A stretch of 64,000 bases of DNA, taken from the NCBI RefSeq assembly GCF_044647545.1, contig NZ_CP172818.1. One strand, given 5' to 3'. This document shows, one piece after another, positions 45,571-58,587 of this stretch. The notes under the pieces are model-generated. The model ran no database searches, had not been told where the DNA came from, and saw only the letters and a list, made by a program, of their open reading frames with translations. The position numbers were made by a program, and so were the translations under genes. Source of the stretch: Escherichia coli (GTDB taxonomy: Bacteria > Pseudomonadota > Gammaproteobacteria > Enterobacterales > Enterobacteriaceae). Every line of letters begins with the position of its first letter. The first letter of the stretch is position 1.

Positions 45571-46755
45571 ATGGAACAGACCTGGCGCTGGTACGGCCCA
45601 AACGATCCGGTTTCTTTAGCTGATGTCCGTCAGGCGGGCGCAACTGGCGTGGTTACCGCGCTGCACCATATCCCGAACGGCGAAGTATGGTCCGTTGAAG
45701 AGATCCTCAAACGCAAGGCGATCGTTGAAGACGCAGGCCTGGTATGGTCTGTCGTAGAAAGCGTGCCAATTCACGAAGATATCAAAACCCACACTGGCAA
45801 CTATGAGCAGTGGATCGCTAACTATCAGCAGACTCTGCGCAACCTGGCGCAGTGCGGCATTCGCACCGTGTGCTACAACTTCATGCCGGTGCTCGACTGG
45901 ACCCGTACTGACCTCGAATACGTGCTGCCAGACGGCTCCAAAGCTCTGCGCTTTGACCAGATCGAATTCGCTGCATTCGAAATGCATATCCTGAAACGTC
46001 CAGGCGCGGAAGCGGATTACACCGAAGAAGAAATTGCTCAGGCAGCTGTTCGCTTCGCCACTATGAGCGACGAAGACAAAGCGCGTCTGACCCGTAACAT
46101 CATTGCTGGTCTTCCGGGCGCGGAAGAAGGGTACACCCTCGACCAGTTCCGTAAGCACCTGGAGCTATATAAAGATATCGACAAAGCCAAACTGCGCGAA
46201 AACTTTGCCGTCTTCCTGAAAGCGATTATTCCGGTTGCCGAAGAAGTTGGCGTCCGTATGGCTGTTCACCCGGACGATCCGCCGCGCCCGATCCTCGGCC
46301 TGCCGCGCATTGTTTCCACCATTGAAGATATGCAGTGGATGGTTGATACCGTAAACAGCATGGCGAACGGTTTCACCATGTGCACCGGTTCCTACGGCGT
46401 GCGTGCTGACAACGATCTGGTTGATATGATCAAGCAGTTCGGTCCGCGTATTTACTTCACCCATCTGCGCTCCACCATGCGTGAAGATAACCCGAAAACC
46501 TTCCACGAAGCGGCGCACCTGAACGGTGACGTTGATATGTACGAAGTGGTGAAAGCGATTGTTGAAGAGGAACACCGTCGTAAAGCGGAAGGCAAAGAAG
46601 ACCTGATCCCGATGCGTCCGGACCACGGTCATCAGATGCTGGACGACCTGAAGAAGAAAACTAACCCAGGTTACTCCGCAATTGGTCGTCTGAAAGGCCT
46701 GGCCGAAGTTCGCGGTGTCGAACTGGCGATCCAGCGCGCTTTCTTTAGCCGTTAA
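45571..46755 (+). CDS. uxuA: D-mannonate dehydratase
   Basis: 394-aa product [45 protein letters not shown]...; RBS gaggaaaaa upstream; ORF track start at 45535 trimmed. Confidence 0.95.
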
Positions 46756-46835
46756 TATCCACCGGCATGGCTGCGCGCCGTGCCGGTTCCTTCTTCCTTG
46801 CCGTCACTCTCTGAAGACGGATTCTGGAGTTTACG

Positions 46836-48296
46836 ATGACTACTATTGTTGACAGCAATCTGCCGGTTGCCCGCCCGTCATGGGTGCATTCTCGTCTGGA
46901 ATCACGCATTGTGCATCTCGGTTGCGGGGCGTTTCACCGCGCGCACCAGGCGCTGTATACCCATCATCTGCTGGAAAGTACCGACAGCGACTGGGGTATC
47001 TGCGAAGTTAACCTGATGCCAGGTAACGACCGTGTGCTGATTGAAAACCTGAAAAAACAGCAACTGCTGTACACCGTGGCGGAAAAAGGCGCGGAAAGCA
47101 CCGAACTGAAAATTATCGGTTCGATGAAAGAAGCGCTGCATCCGGAAATCGACGGCTGCGAAGGTATTCTCAACGCGATGGCGCGTCCGCAGACGGCGAT
47201 TGTCTCTCTGACGGTCACGGAAAAAGGCTACTGCGCTGATGCGGCAAGCGGTCAGTTGGATCTCAATAACCCGCTGATCAAGCACGATCTGGAAAACCCG
47301 ACTGCGCCGAAGTCTGCGATTGGTTACATCGTCGAAGCCCTGCGTCTGCGTCGTGAAAAAGGGCTGAAAGCGTTTACGGTGATGTCCTGCGATAACGTGC
47401 GTGAAAACGGTCATGTGGCGAAGGTCGCGGTACTGGGGCTGGCTCAGGCGCGTGACCCGCAGCTGGCGGCATGGATTGAAGAGAACGTCACCTTCCCGTG
47501 CACCATGGTTGACCGCATCGTTCCGGCGGCGACGCCAGAAACCTTACAGGAAATTGCTGACCAGCTGGGTGTTTATGACCCGTGCGCCATTGCCTGCGAA
47601 CCGTTCCGTCAGTGGGTGATTGAAGATAACTTCGTTAATGGTCGTCCGGACTGGGATAAAGTGGGCGCACAGTTCGTTGCAGACGTTGTGCCGTTCGAAA
47701 TGATGAAGCTGCGTATGCTGAACGGCAGCCACTCTTTCCTGGCATACCTCGGTTACCTCGGCGGCTATGAAACTATTGCCGACACCATGACTAACCCGGA
47801 TTATCGCAAAGCGGCCTTTGCCCTGATGATGCAGGAACAAGCGCCAACGCTGTCGATGCCGGAAGGTACGGACCTGAACGCCTATGCGACGCTGCTGATC
47901 GAGCGTTTCAGCAACCCGTCTCTGCGTCACCGTACCTGGCAGATTGCGATGGACGGCAGCCAGAAGTTACCGCAGCGTCTGCTGGATCCGGTGCGTCTGC
48001 ACCTGCAAAACGGCGGCAGCTGGCGTCACCTGGCGCTGGGCGTGGCTGGCTGGATGCGTTACACCCAGGGCGTGGATGAGCAGGGTAATGCCATTGACGT
48101 GGTCGACCCGATGCTGGCCGAGTTCCAGAAGATTAACGCGCAGTATCAGGGCGCAGACCGCGTGAAAGCGCTGCTGGGCCTGAGCGGTATTTTTGCCGAT
48201 GATCTGCCGCAGAATGCCGACTTTGTTGGCGCGGTGACGGCGGCATATCAGCAGCTGTGCGAACGCGGTGCGCGCGAGTGTGTGGCTGCGCTGTAA
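46836..48296 (+). CDS. uxuB: D-mannonate oxidoreductase (fructuronate reductase)
   Basis: 486-aa product MTTIVDSNLPVARPSWVHSRLESRIVHLGCGAFHRAHQALYTHHLL... Confidence 0.95.
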   Translation: MTTIVDSNLPVARPSWVHSRLESRIVHLGCGAFHRAHQALYTHHLLESTDSDWGICEVNLMPGNDRVLIENLKKQQLLYTVAEKGAESTELKIIGSMKEALHPEIDGCEGILNAMARPQTAIVSLTVTEKGYCADAASGQLDLNNPLIKHDLENPTAPKSAIGYIVEALRLRREKGLKAFTVMSCDNVRENGHVAKVAVLGLAQARDPQLAAWIEENVTFPCTMVDRIVPAATPETLQEIADQLGVYDPCAIACEPFRQWVIEDNFVNGRPDWDKVGAQFVADVVPFEMMKLRMLNGSHSFLAYLGYLGGYETIADTMTNPDYRKAAFALMMQEQAPTLSMPEGTDLNAYATLLIERFSNPSLRHRTWQIAMDGSQKLPQRLLDPVRLHLQNGGSWRHLALGVAGWMRYTQGVDEQGNAIDVVDPMLAEFQKINAQYQGADRVKALLGLSGIFADDLPQNADFVGAVTAAYQQLCERGARECVAAL

Positions 48297-48320
48297 CTAA
48301 CTGATTACCCTACAGACTTA

Positions 48321-48366
48321 CTGGTCAATCAAACTGATATTTGGTTGACCAGTTTTCGTTTTTTTG
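48321..48366 (+). terminator. rho-independent terminator after uxuB
   Basis: Stem ctggtcaatcaaactgatatttggttgaccag followed by ttttcgttttttt. Confidence 0.65.
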
Positions 48367-48438
48367 CCCACCTGTACGTGCCAACTTCCAGTGCTAATGG
48401 TATAGTTTGAGATTAACGGGTGCCGTAAAATTGCCCGT

Positions 48439-48474
48439 TGTAGGCCGGATAAGGCGTTCACGCCGCATCCGGCA
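48439..48474. repeat. REP element
   Basis: gtaggccggataaggcgttcacgccgcatccggca, canonical REP sequence. Confidence 0.75.
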
Positions 48475-48510
48475 AAAATTTGATTAACCGCACCTAACGG
48501 ACACAACACC

Positions 48511-49284
48511 ATGAAATCTGCCACCTCTGCGCAAAGACCTTACCAGGAAGTCGGGGCGATGATCCGCGATCTGATCATAAAGACGCCGTACAATCCTGGC
48601 GAACGGTTGCCGCCGGAGCGTGAAATTGCAGAAATGCTTGATGTCACGCGGACGGTGGTACGTGAAGCGCTGATCATGCTGGAGATCAAAGGGCTGGTGG
48701 AAGTGCGCCGGGGTGCCGGTATCTATGTTCTTGATAGCTCAGGCAGCCACAACACAGACAGTCCGGATGCCAACGTTTGCAATGATGCGGGTCCTTTTGA
48801 GCTGTTGCAGGCGCGACAGCTTCTTGAGAGCAACATCGCCGAGTTTGCCGCCCTGCAGGCTACCCGCGAAGATATCGTCAAAATGCGTCAGGCATTGCAA
48901 CTGGAAGAGCGTGAACTGGCTTCCAGTGCGCCGGGCAGCAGCGAAAGCGGTGACATGCAGTTCCATCTCGCTATTGCCGAAGCAACGCATAACAGCATGC
49001 TGGTGGAGCTGTTCCGTCAGTCCTGGCAGTGGCGGGAAAACAATCCAATGTGGATCCAGTTGCACAGCCATCTGGATGACAGCCTGTATCGCAAAGAGTG
49101 GTTGGGCGATCACAAACAGATCCTCGCCGCGTTAATCAAAAAAGATGCCCGAGCGGCGAAGCTGGCAATGTGGCAGCATCTGGAAAACGTTAAGCAACGT
49201 CTGCTGGAATTCTCGAACGTTGACGATATTTATTTTGATGGCTATCTGTTTGATTCATGGCCGCTGGATAAAGTCGACGCCTGA
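48511..49284 (+). CDS. uxuR: GntR/FadR-family transcriptional repressor of hexuronate genes
   Basis: 257-aa product MKSATSAQRPYQEVGAMIRDLIIKTPYNPGERLPPEREIAEMLDVTRTVVREALIMLEIKGLVEVRRGAGIYV... Confidence 0.95.
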   Translation: MKSATSAQRPYQEVGAMIRDLIIKTPYNPGERLPPEREIAEMLDVTRTVVREALIMLEIKGLVEVRRGAGIYVLDSSGSHNTDSPDANVCNDAGPFELLQARQLLESNIAEFAALQATREDIVKMRQALQLEERELASSAPGSSESGDMQFHLAIAEATHNSMLVELFRQSWQWRENNPMWIQLHSHLDDSLYRKEWLGDHKQILAALIKKDARAAKLAMWQHLENVKQRLLEFSNVDDIYFDGYLFDSWPLDKVDA

Positions 49285-49295
49285 CTTATTATAAT

Positions 49296-49328
49296 AAGCG
49301 CAAGGGTAAACGTTCCTTGCGCTTTCTT
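49296..49328 (+). terminator. rho-independent terminator after uxuR
   Basis: Hairpin aagcgcaagg-gtaaacgtt-ccttgcgctt followed by tctt. Confidence 0.5.
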
Positions 49329-49424
49329 AAATTAAGAAGTCGCAATGAGTATTACTTTGTAAATTGCAGGGGATTGTTTAGCTATCTGTATAACCTGAAT
49401 GTTAGTACTCATTCTTCCTGGTAG

Positions 49425-50099
49425 TTATTTACCAATATAATTCCATTCACCATTTTTTAATTCAAACAGTTCTGGAAGAGATGACGGTTGCAGAGTCATA
49501 CGTTTGAGTGGTGCATTTTCATCACCGGGATAGGCTTCTATACCAATTATTGGGTCATTACCCAACTCAATATTAGCATTAAGTAATGCGGCAAGGGCGA
49601 ATCCGGAAGAATTTGCTACCCCTGTTACCGTCATTATCTGATCAATATAGATATCAATCCTTGGCTGCTCATTGGTCCATCTTTTTGCCTGAGAAGCTGG
49701 AAGGGTTGAAATATATCCTATCGTGGTTCCGGCATAACCAGGAACATTGCAACCAGGGCCTAATGTTATTTCATGAACTGTATAGTCCTCAACAGGATCG
49801 AAAGGGCCTTTCATAAATAAATTTAGCCGTAATCCTTTTGCTAACTCTGTGGCAGCATGCGCCTTTTTACATATACCACCATATATTTCGTCTAAAGCTG
49901 AGGTGATTTTCAAGTTTCGATAGAGCATACGTCCTGTTGTTGTAATACCATTGAATTCTCTGCATGTTTCTGTCACATAATTAAATGGCCAGGACTCTTT
50001 ACTAATATCAAGTTTTCTAATTTCGACAACGCTTTTTCTATCGTAATTATGGTTATTGCCACGAGCAAGAGGCGGAAGATAGATATTTTCCGTATCCAT
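49425..50099 (-). CDS. yjiC: uncharacterised protein (YjiC-like); N-terminal extent uncertain
   Basis: 224-aa ORF MDTENIYLPPLARGNNHNYDRKSVVEIRKLDISKESWPFNYV...; I recall the K-12 protein being longer, so the start or an upstream frameshift is unresolved. Confidence 0.6.
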   Translation of the reverse strand: MDTENIYLPPLARGNNHNYDRKSVVEIRKLDISKESWPFNYVTETCREFNGITTTGRMLYRNLKITSALDEIYGGICKKAHAATELAKGLRLNLFMKGPFDPVEDYTVHEITLGPGCNVPGYAGTTIGYISTLPASQAKRWTNEQPRIDIYIDQIMTVTGVANSSGFALAALLNANIELGNDPIIGIEAYPGDENAPLKRMTLQPSSLPELFELKNGEWNYIGK

Positions 50100-50881
50100 G
50101 CGTGCACGTTCATGTTTACGTGTTAACTCACTGTCGACTTTTGGATGATGAAGGAAGTGATTATCTGTAATAATTTAACTCTGAAGGGCATTGCTTAATG
50201 GCATAGACATAATAGTTACCTTTATGAGTATTTCACTGATGCTTAGAAAAATAGATAAATTTTTCTGTAGTAAAAAGAGAAGTAAACAAATGACATGCAT
50301 GTTTCTGTTGTAGTGATATCAACTCTACACAGTGATATTAAATGGTGGGAAACACTCTAAAGTATCAAAAAACGCTCATTTAAAATTATTTGCATGCAAT
50401 TTAAAAGCATATCTTATTACTAATTGGAATTTGATGTTGCTATATTGATGTCTATATTAATAATGCCTGTGAATGGTATTTTTGATGTATTTGATATGTT
50501 ATCAATTTATATTATTTACAAACTAATTGTTTTAAATAATACATAGCTGATTATGCGGAAATAAATAATTTCCCACCGGAATTAAGTAGCGGTGGTGACA
50601 AGTATTTTCATCTACGTAACTATTCGGAATATTCAGAATATACTAGCGGTTTTTTTTTGAGTTTGATGATTTTTATCAAATCATGACTTTTTTCCTGAAA
50701 AGTCAGTAGATATTCATAGGCAAGTAAGGTTTTATACTTTGCTGACAGGATTCAGGCCTGTCTCAGACTGACATGGATGTAATGAACAAAAGGGAATGGC
50801 TATGGAAAATGAGCATCAATACAGTGGTGCCCGGTGTTCAGGGCAAGCCGCATATGTTGCTAAACGTCAGGAGTGCGCAAA

Positions 50882-51274
50882 ATGATGCGCCAATCACGTC
50901 AGGCTGTTTTACCTGAAATTTCAGGCAATAAAACGTCATCGCTGCGTAAATCAATATGTAGCGATCTCCTCACTCTTTTTAATTCTCCTCATTCGGCATT
51001 ACCGTCATTACTTGTTTCAGGCATGCCCGAGTGGCAAGTGCATAACCAGAGCGACAAACATCTCCAGAGCTGGTATTGCCGTCAGCTGCGTTCTGCACTG
51101 TTATTTCATGAGCCACGGATTGCGGCGTTGCAGGTCAATCTGAAAGAAGCGTACAGCCACACGCTGGCGATCAGCCTTGAGATAATGCTGTACCACGACG
51201 ATGAACCGCTAACGTTTGATCTGGTCTGGGATAATGGCGGTTGGCGTAGTGCGACGCTCGAGAATGTCAGCTAA
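50882..51274 (+). CDS. iraD: anti-adaptor protein stabilising RpoS
   Basis: 130-aa product [56 protein letters not shown]...; preceded by a ~770-bp AT-rich region. Confidence 0.85.
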   Translation: MMRQSRQAVLPEISGNKTSSLRKSICSDLLTLFNSPHSALPSLLVSGMPEWQVHNQSDKHLQSWYCRQLRSALLFHEPRIAALQVNLKEAYSHTLAISLEIMLYHDDEPLTFDLVWDNGGWRSATLENVS

Positions 51275-52178
51275 GTACAATCTCCAGCTCGCGCAGTTCA
51301 CGCCAGAAGCGTTCGGCAACTGGATTCATGCGGGTATTCATTCGGTATGCATAGGCCTGAATCGGGATCACCAGTTCGTCCCGATTCAGTACAACGAGCT
51401 GCCCGCTGCGAATTTCTTGTTGGATGGCGTACTCCGGCAGCCAGGCAATCCCACAGCCGTCGAGGGCAACCTGCTTTAAAAGCTCGCTCATCGAAGAGAC
51501 AAAAAAGGTGCTGAAACTTAACTCACTGTGGCGCGTCAGGGTGCGATTAATCAATCGCCCCATGTAGGAGTTGCGGCTGTAATTCAGTAACGGAAAGTGT
51601 GGCTGCGCGAGGTTAAAAAGTGCTTCTCCGTGTTCGTCACTGGCGCAGACAGGGAACAATTGAGATTCAAATAAGCGAATGTGGTCAAACGGCGCTTCCA
51701 GCAAATCTTCGTCGTGAAAGGAAAAAATACAGTCACTTTGCCCTTCACGCAGTTTATCGACCGCTTCATCGACATCAATAGCTTCAATTGCCCAGGTAAA
51801 GAGCGGCGGCATCTGGCTGATAATGGACGGTAACAGCCCGAGGGAAAGAGAGTGTGCAGCGGCTATTTTAATTTTGCGTTGCGCGTAATCGCTGCCACCA
51901 CGGAGTTCTGCAAGGTTGCTCTCTAACTGTTGCAACAGATGGCGGATCTGCGAATGGAATATTTTACCTTGTTCCGAGAGTTGCAGCGGCGTCACCTGGC
52001 GGTTAAACAATTCAACGCCAATCGCCTGTTCCAGCGCACGGATGCGGCGGCTGAATGCCGGTTGCGAGACGTTGCGACTGACTGCTGCCTGGGAAAAATT
52101 GCGGCATTTTTCCAGGGTCAGAAAATCATAAAGCCATTTAGTTTCAATATTATGCAAAACCGCACCACAGTCATCCAT
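51267..52178 (-). CDS. hypT: LysR-family transcriptional regulator (hypochlorite-responsive HypT)
   Basis: 303-aa product with LysR HTH (...[35 protein letters not shown]...); 3' end overlaps the iraD 3' end by 8 bp (convergent). Confidence 0.9.
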   Translation of the reverse strand: MDDCGAVLHNIETKWLYDFLTLEKCRNFSQAAVSRNVSQPAFSRRIRALEQAIGVELFNRQVTPLQLSEQGKIFHSQIRHLLQQLESNLAELRGGSDYAQRKIKIAAAHSLSLGLLPSIISQMPPLFTWAIEAIDVDEAVDKLREGQSDCIFSFHDEDLLEAPFDHIRLFESQLFPVCASDEHGEALFNLAQPHFPLLNYSRNSYMGRLINRTLTRHSELSFSTFFVSSMSELLKQVALDGCGIAWLPEYAIQQEIRSGQLVVLNRDELVIPIQAYAYRMNTRMNPVAERFWRELRELEIVLS

Positions 52179-52242
52179 TACGTTTTACTCTGTCAGCCGC
52201 CCTTGCGGGCATTCTACGTCCATTCGGGCGGCTGACAACCGT

Positions 52243-53415
52243 TTATGCCGTTTCAAACGTTCCTTTCACGCAGGCTTTGCCGTCTTTGACCATCAGCTTG
52301 CCGCGAGCGTATACCTGCTCAATGCGTAATTCTGGCGTCATGACCAGTAAGTCTGCGTCATTGCCTGGCAGAATTTCGCCTTTCCCGCTCAGGTTAAGGA
52401 AACCGGCTACGCTACTGGTGAGCGGGCGCAGGGCATCGCTGATACTGAAATCATAATCTTTGACCAGCACCTGCACGGTTTCCAGCAACGTTTCAAAACC
52501 GGCAACACCGATATGGGTTAAATTCCCTTCGTCATCGAAGAACGGCTGGCTACCGTTGCCGTCGGAGCTGAGGGTGACGCGTGCCAGCGGAATACCCGCC
52601 TGAACGGCGCGGGCAATACCTTCGGCAGGGGCGACTGGTTCGTCAATGCTGCTGGTGATATCGATGGTGCCGCCTTTGCGCGCGAACTCCAGCGCCTGCT
52701 CAAACAACGGAACGTTGCGGTTAACGTGGGTCGGCAGCAACTTGCTAATCGGCACATCGCAGTTTTCCAGCAGGTCATAGACAGGCTGTAACGCCTTTTT
52801 GCTGTCGCCCATGTGGAACACGGTGACGCCAGGTTTACCGCCGAGCAAACCGCCAACGCGGGATTCCGCCGCCATATTAGCCAGGTGATAAACGTCCGGT
52901 GCGGCAGAACGGTGATCAGAGATGGCGCATTTCACGCCAATCACGCGATCGATAATCGCCACGTCTTTTTCCACGGAACCCGTAATAGTGCGGGAAGGGA
53001 CATGATAAGCGCCGGTCAGCATCCAGGCGCTGATGCCTTCTTCATTGAGCGCACGGGTCTTGGCGAGCAGGGATTCCGGGTGGCGAGAGATAGAGTCGGT
53101 GCCCAGCAGACCAACCACTGACGTGACGCCTGCTTCCGTCAGACGACTTAACGCCACTTCCGGCGTGCGCGTCGTGGGACCTGCTTCGCCGCCACCGCCA
53201 ATCAAATGGACGTGTTGATCAATAAAACCTGGGCAGAGGATCTGCCCGCTGAGATCGACAACCGTGCAGTCCGGTACAATGTCAGAAGGGATATTACTGG
53301 CAACGGCGATAATTTTGCCGTTAGCGACGAGGACATCGCAAATTCCCCGATCTTCCGGCGCATACAAATGCGCTCCCTGCAGCAGGGTAAAACCGGCTGC
53401 GGTATAATCAATCAT
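52243..53415 (-). CDS. iadA: isoaspartyl dipeptidase (amidohydrolase superfamily)
   Basis: 390-aa product MIDYTAAGFTLLQGAHLYAPEDRGICDVLVANGKIIAVASNIP... with metal-binding HxH (FIDQHVHLIGGGGE). Confidence 0.95.
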   Translation of the reverse strand: MIDYTAAGFTLLQGAHLYAPEDRGICDVLVANGKIIAVASNIPSDIVPDCTVVDLSGQILCPGFIDQHVHLIGGGGEAGPTTRTPEVALSRLTEAGVTSVVGLLGTDSISRHPESLLAKTRALNEEGISAWMLTGAYHVPSRTITGSVEKDVAIIDRVIGVKCAISDHRSAAPDVYHLANMAAESRVGGLLGGKPGVTVFHMGDSKKALQPVYDLLENCDVPISKLLPTHVNRNVPLFEQALEFARKGGTIDITSSIDEPVAPAEGIARAVQAGIPLARVTLSSDGNGSQPFFDDEGNLTHIGVAGFETLLETVQVLVKDYDFSISDALRPLTSSVAGFLNLSGKGEILPGNDADLLVMTPELRIEQVYARGKLMVKDGKACVKGTFETA

Positions 53416-53427
53416 GGTAACTCCTTG

Positions 53428-53889
53428 TTAAACAATAAGCTGCATAACCCAGATCGACAGCAATGCGTTAATCACGCAGACCGTAATGATATGCGGGTAA
53501 TATTTGGCATTCACTTCGGCTGTCCCCAGGCAGCGACCGACATTTTGCACCGGGTTGCCCATTAAATACATCGCGGGCAGTAAAACGGTGACATCGTGAC
53601 CGGTTAATGCGCCAGCGGTTGCCAGACTGGCGGCAACACCGACTGCGCCGCCCATACTCATTAATGCGGCTAAAAGGACGGTTGCCGCTTCACCGGGTAA
53701 TCCCCACAGCGCCATTACGGGTTCACAGATATGCCCCACCCAGTCGAGCAGGCCGGTAATTTTCAGCGCCTGAATGATGACAAACGCCATCACCACGTTT
53801 GGCAGCAGGTTGGTCGTGGCGATAGTAAAGCCACGGCGCGCACCATCGATAAACATATCCATGACGTTTTTGCGGACCTGAGTTGTCAT
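53428..53889 (-). CDS. yjiG: inner-membrane protein (SpmB/nucleoside-recognition-like)
   Basis: 153-aa hydrophobic product MTTQVRKNVMDMFIDGARRGFTIATTNLLPNVVMAFVIIQALKITGLLDWV... Confidence 0.85.
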   Translation of the reverse strand: MTTQVRKNVMDMFIDGARRGFTIATTNLLPNVVMAFVIIQALKITGLLDWVGHICEPVMALWGLPGEAATVLLAALMSMGGAVGVAASLATAGALTGHDVTVLLPAMYLMGNPVQNVGRCLGTAEVNAKYYPHIITVCVINALLSIWVMQLIV

Positions 53890-54569
53890 GCTTGCGCTCC
53901 TTGCGTTGGGTTGCGACGTTCTTCGAAGTTAAGCCAGACGCGCAAAATGTTGGCTCCGACAAATTTAAACACCAGGATGACTGCTAAAGGTACGATTACG
54001 GACGTGCCCAGAAAGGCAAACACCGCGACGCCGGAAGAGAAGTAGTTGGTGATAATGGCGCTACCACTGGTTTGATATGCGGCGAAAATCACTTTATCGC
54101 GTTCGGTAATTTCACCTTCCTGCGCCAGCTCTTTGGTCATACCTGCGGCGGCATCGGTGTTTTGCAGGTTAGCGATCAGCGCCAGCGAGCAGATCCCTGG
54201 AATGCCCAACAACGGTTTTAGCACTGGCGTCATTAACTGCTGCGCGGCGCGTAATCCGCCAAGACCATCGGTAATTGAAATAATCCCCAGAGAGAGAATG
54301 ACTGACGGTGCCAGCTCCAGCGCAAAGAGAAAGCCATCTTTAGCCCCCGCGCCACCCGCGCCGCGAAACGAGGTGGTGGCTCCGTTCGCACCAGGCAGTT
54401 GCCCAAACGATCCGTTCAGAACGGAAAAATCAAAAACGCGCCACCAACTGTCTGTCCCGGAAAAAACACCGGAAAAAAAGATTATGGTGAGAAAAAAAGC
54501 CAGATACCCTTTAATGCCCACTTTTTCTGTCGCCAGCTCCCCGGCTACAGCATCCCCTTGTTGTGTCAT
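53886..54569 (-). CDS. yjiH: inner-membrane protein
   Basis: Product MTQQGDAVAGELATEKVGIKGYLAFFLTIIFFSGVFSG...; 4-bp overlap with yjiG; ORF track start at 54581 trimmed by 4 codons. Confidence 0.8.
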   Translation of the reverse strand: MTQQGDAVAGELATEKVGIKGYLAFFLTIIFFSGVFSGTDSWWRVFDFSVLNGSFGQLPGANGATTSFRGAGGAGAKDGFLFALELAPSVILSLGIISITDGLGGLRAAQQLMTPVLKPLLGIPGICSLALIANLQNTDAAAGMTKELAQEGEITERDKVIFAAYQTSGSAIITNYFSSGVAVFAFLGTSVIVPLAVILVFKFVGANILRVWLNFEERRNPTQGAQA

Positions 54570-54818
54570 AACAATCCCCATTGTTTTTTTGTGTTTGTGT
54601 GTTGCTTGAGCCAGGAAAATTCCTGGAGCTGAAAAACCTTATCAGCCATGTGGGTATGGGGAAAATGCAAGTATGTTTCTGACTATGCGTTTTTTGCATA
54701 GCGGTAAAATTACGCTGTGTGGAAAAGGTTCTACGCAGGATTGAGTTGCAGAAAATTCATAAACCCAGTGACAATGACATAGTAAATAAAAAACAGATAA
54801 TCCAGGGACGAAAACGCG

Positions 54819-55373
54819 ATGGCAAAGTACAACGAAAAAGAGCTGGCGGATACGAGCAAGTTTTTAAGTTTTGTCCTCCGACACAAACCGGAGGCGATTG
54901 GTATCGTACTGGACCGTGAAGGATGGGCGGATATCGATAAGCTCATACTTTGTGCCCAAAAAGCGGGCAAGCGGTTAACCCGTGCATTGCGGGATACTGT
55001 GGTTGCCACCAGCGATAAAAAGCGTTTTAGTTATTCCAGTGATGGTAGGTGCATCCGCGCGGTTCAGGGGCATTCGACTTCGCAGGTCGCTATTTCCTTT
55101 GCCGAAAAAACACCGCCACAGTTTCTCTACCACGGTACGGCAAGCCGTTTCCTTGACGAGATAAAAAAACAGGGGCTGATTGCAGGTGAGCGTCACTACG
55201 TACATCTCTCTGCTGATGAAGCAACGGCACGCAAAGTGGGAGCAAGACACGGATCGCCGGTTATTTTAACCGTCAAAGCACAGGAAATGGCGAAACGAGG
55301 CCTCCCTTTCTGGCAAGCGGAAAACGGGGTCTGGCTGACATCAACGGTTGCGGTTGAGTTTCTTGAGTGGTAA
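54819..55373 (+). CDS. kptA: RNA 2'-phosphotransferase (Tpt1/KptA family)
   Basis: 184-aa product [43 protein letters not shown]... (Tpt1 family). Confidence 0.9.
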   Translation: MAKYNEKELADTSKFLSFVLRHKPEAIGIVLDREGWADIDKLILCAQKAGKRLTRALRDTVVATSDKKRFSYSSDGRCIRAVQGHSTSQVAISFAEKTPPQFLYHGTASRFLDEIKKQGLIAGERHYVHLSADEATARKVGARHGSPVILTVKAQEMAKRGLPFWQAENGVWLTSTVAVEFLEW

Positions 55374-55385
55374 GGGAAACTTCCC

Positions 55386-56564
55386 TCATGAAGTGACCAC
55401 TTGTAGCTTAAATAATTGCACTGTGCTGATAAGCGCAGCAATAAACAACGCCGCCGCGCCGCAGAGAGTGGCGCTGGCAAGCGCCGATGTTCCATTGCCG
55501 AGCATACTGGTCAGCGCCGGGCCGAGGATTTGCCCAATGCCGTAAATGAGCGTCACAAAGCCTAAAAGATTGAGATTTCCCGGTACGCTCAGTTGGCGGG
55601 CGATAGTCATCACCAGAGATGTCGTGCCCATAAAGGTACCGCCAAAACCAAGACTGCTGATGATAAGCAAGAGAGGCGAGTCGCTGGCGAGAGTAAGCAG
55701 CACACAGATAGCCTGCACCAGCAAATTCGCCGTCAGGCAGGGCAAAGCCCCCCAACGTTTTGCTGCCCATAGCCAGCCAAAGCAACCAGGCACAATTGAT
55801 AAGCCGACTAACGTCCAGAGATGGGCGGTTAACAATGGTGAGCCTGCATCTTTCGCCATGAGCGGCAGGTAAGTCGCGACGATGATATAACCAAATCCCG
55901 CCAGGCCGTACAGAATAGCCAGTAACCACCAGCTCATTATCTGTTGCTCCGTTTTTGCCAATGGCATTGGTGTGATGGCGTGTTTTTTCGAGGGCATTAA
56001 AAGCGTAAGTGCAATCAGCATCATGCCAGAAAGCGCCCCGGCGCCTTGCCATAACGTTTGCGAGGAGAGGTCAAAATGCAGGCCTGCCAGAACATATTCA
56101 TTGCCCAGTGCGATGCCAATGCCAACGCCAGAAAACAAAGCTGCCAGCACAAAAGGATGGCGCGTGTGCTGCATAATCAGCGTCGAACCAAAAATCAGCA
56201 TACCGGCGCTGGCGACACCCGCCAGGACGCGAATCAATAACACCAGAATAAATGGCGGCAACCATGCCATTGCGAGGATCAACAACCCGCTCGCCAGGGC
56301 AGAAGCCAACAGAAATGGGCGCAGGCGCGATGGCTGGTGAAATGCGCCAAAAGAAAATAGCAGACTGCCAGCCAGATACCCCGCATAGTTGCCGCTGGCA
56401 ATCCACGAGAGCTGGCTAAATGAAAACGATCCTTCCGCCATCATGACGGGCAACATAGGCGTATAAAGGAAGCGGCCTAAACCCATACCTAAGGTCAGAA
56501 CCAGCATCCCGAAAAGCGCGGTGCTGAAAGAAAAGCGTTCTACGGGATGCGTGGACGAAGGCAT
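55386..56564 (-). CDS. yjiJ: MFS transporter
   Basis: 392-aa polytopic product [45 protein letters not shown]... Confidence 0.85.
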   Translation of the reverse strand: MPSSTHPVERFSFSTALFGMLVLTLGMGLGRFLYTPMLPVMMAEGSFSFSQLSWIASGNYAGYLAGSLLFSFGAFHQPSRLRPFLLASALASGLLILAMAWLPPFILVLLIRVLAGVASAGMLIFGSTLIMQHTRHPFVLAALFSGVGIGIALGNEYVLAGLHFDLSSQTLWQGAGALSGMMLIALTLLMPSKKHAITPMPLAKTEQQIMSWWLLAILYGLAGFGYIIVATYLPLMAKDAGSPLLTAHLWTLVGLSIVPGCFGWLWAAKRWGALPCLTANLLVQAICVLLTLASDSPLLLIISSLGFGGTFMGTTSLVMTIARQLSVPGNLNLLGFVTLIYGIGQILGPALTSMLGNGTSALASATLCGAAALFIAALISTVQLFKLQVVTS

Positions 56565-56631
56565 GTTTAACCTTGTTTGTCATTTTTGTTGTTAACAAGT
56601 TAATAACAAAAAGGTGAAGCATGCCAGCCTG

Positions 56632-58584
<1,953 letters not shown>

Positions 58585-58587
58585 TCC

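Noticed and set aside
45616-46632. Minus-strand ORFs 45616..46158 and 46165..46632 inside uxuA, and 46902..47414 / 47544..47930 inside uxuB
   Set aside because: Antisense to well-supported genes; composition typical of shadow ORFs.
48318-48524. 68-aa minus-strand ORF between uxuB and uxuR
   Set aside because: Covers the uxuB terminator and a REP element; no coding signal.
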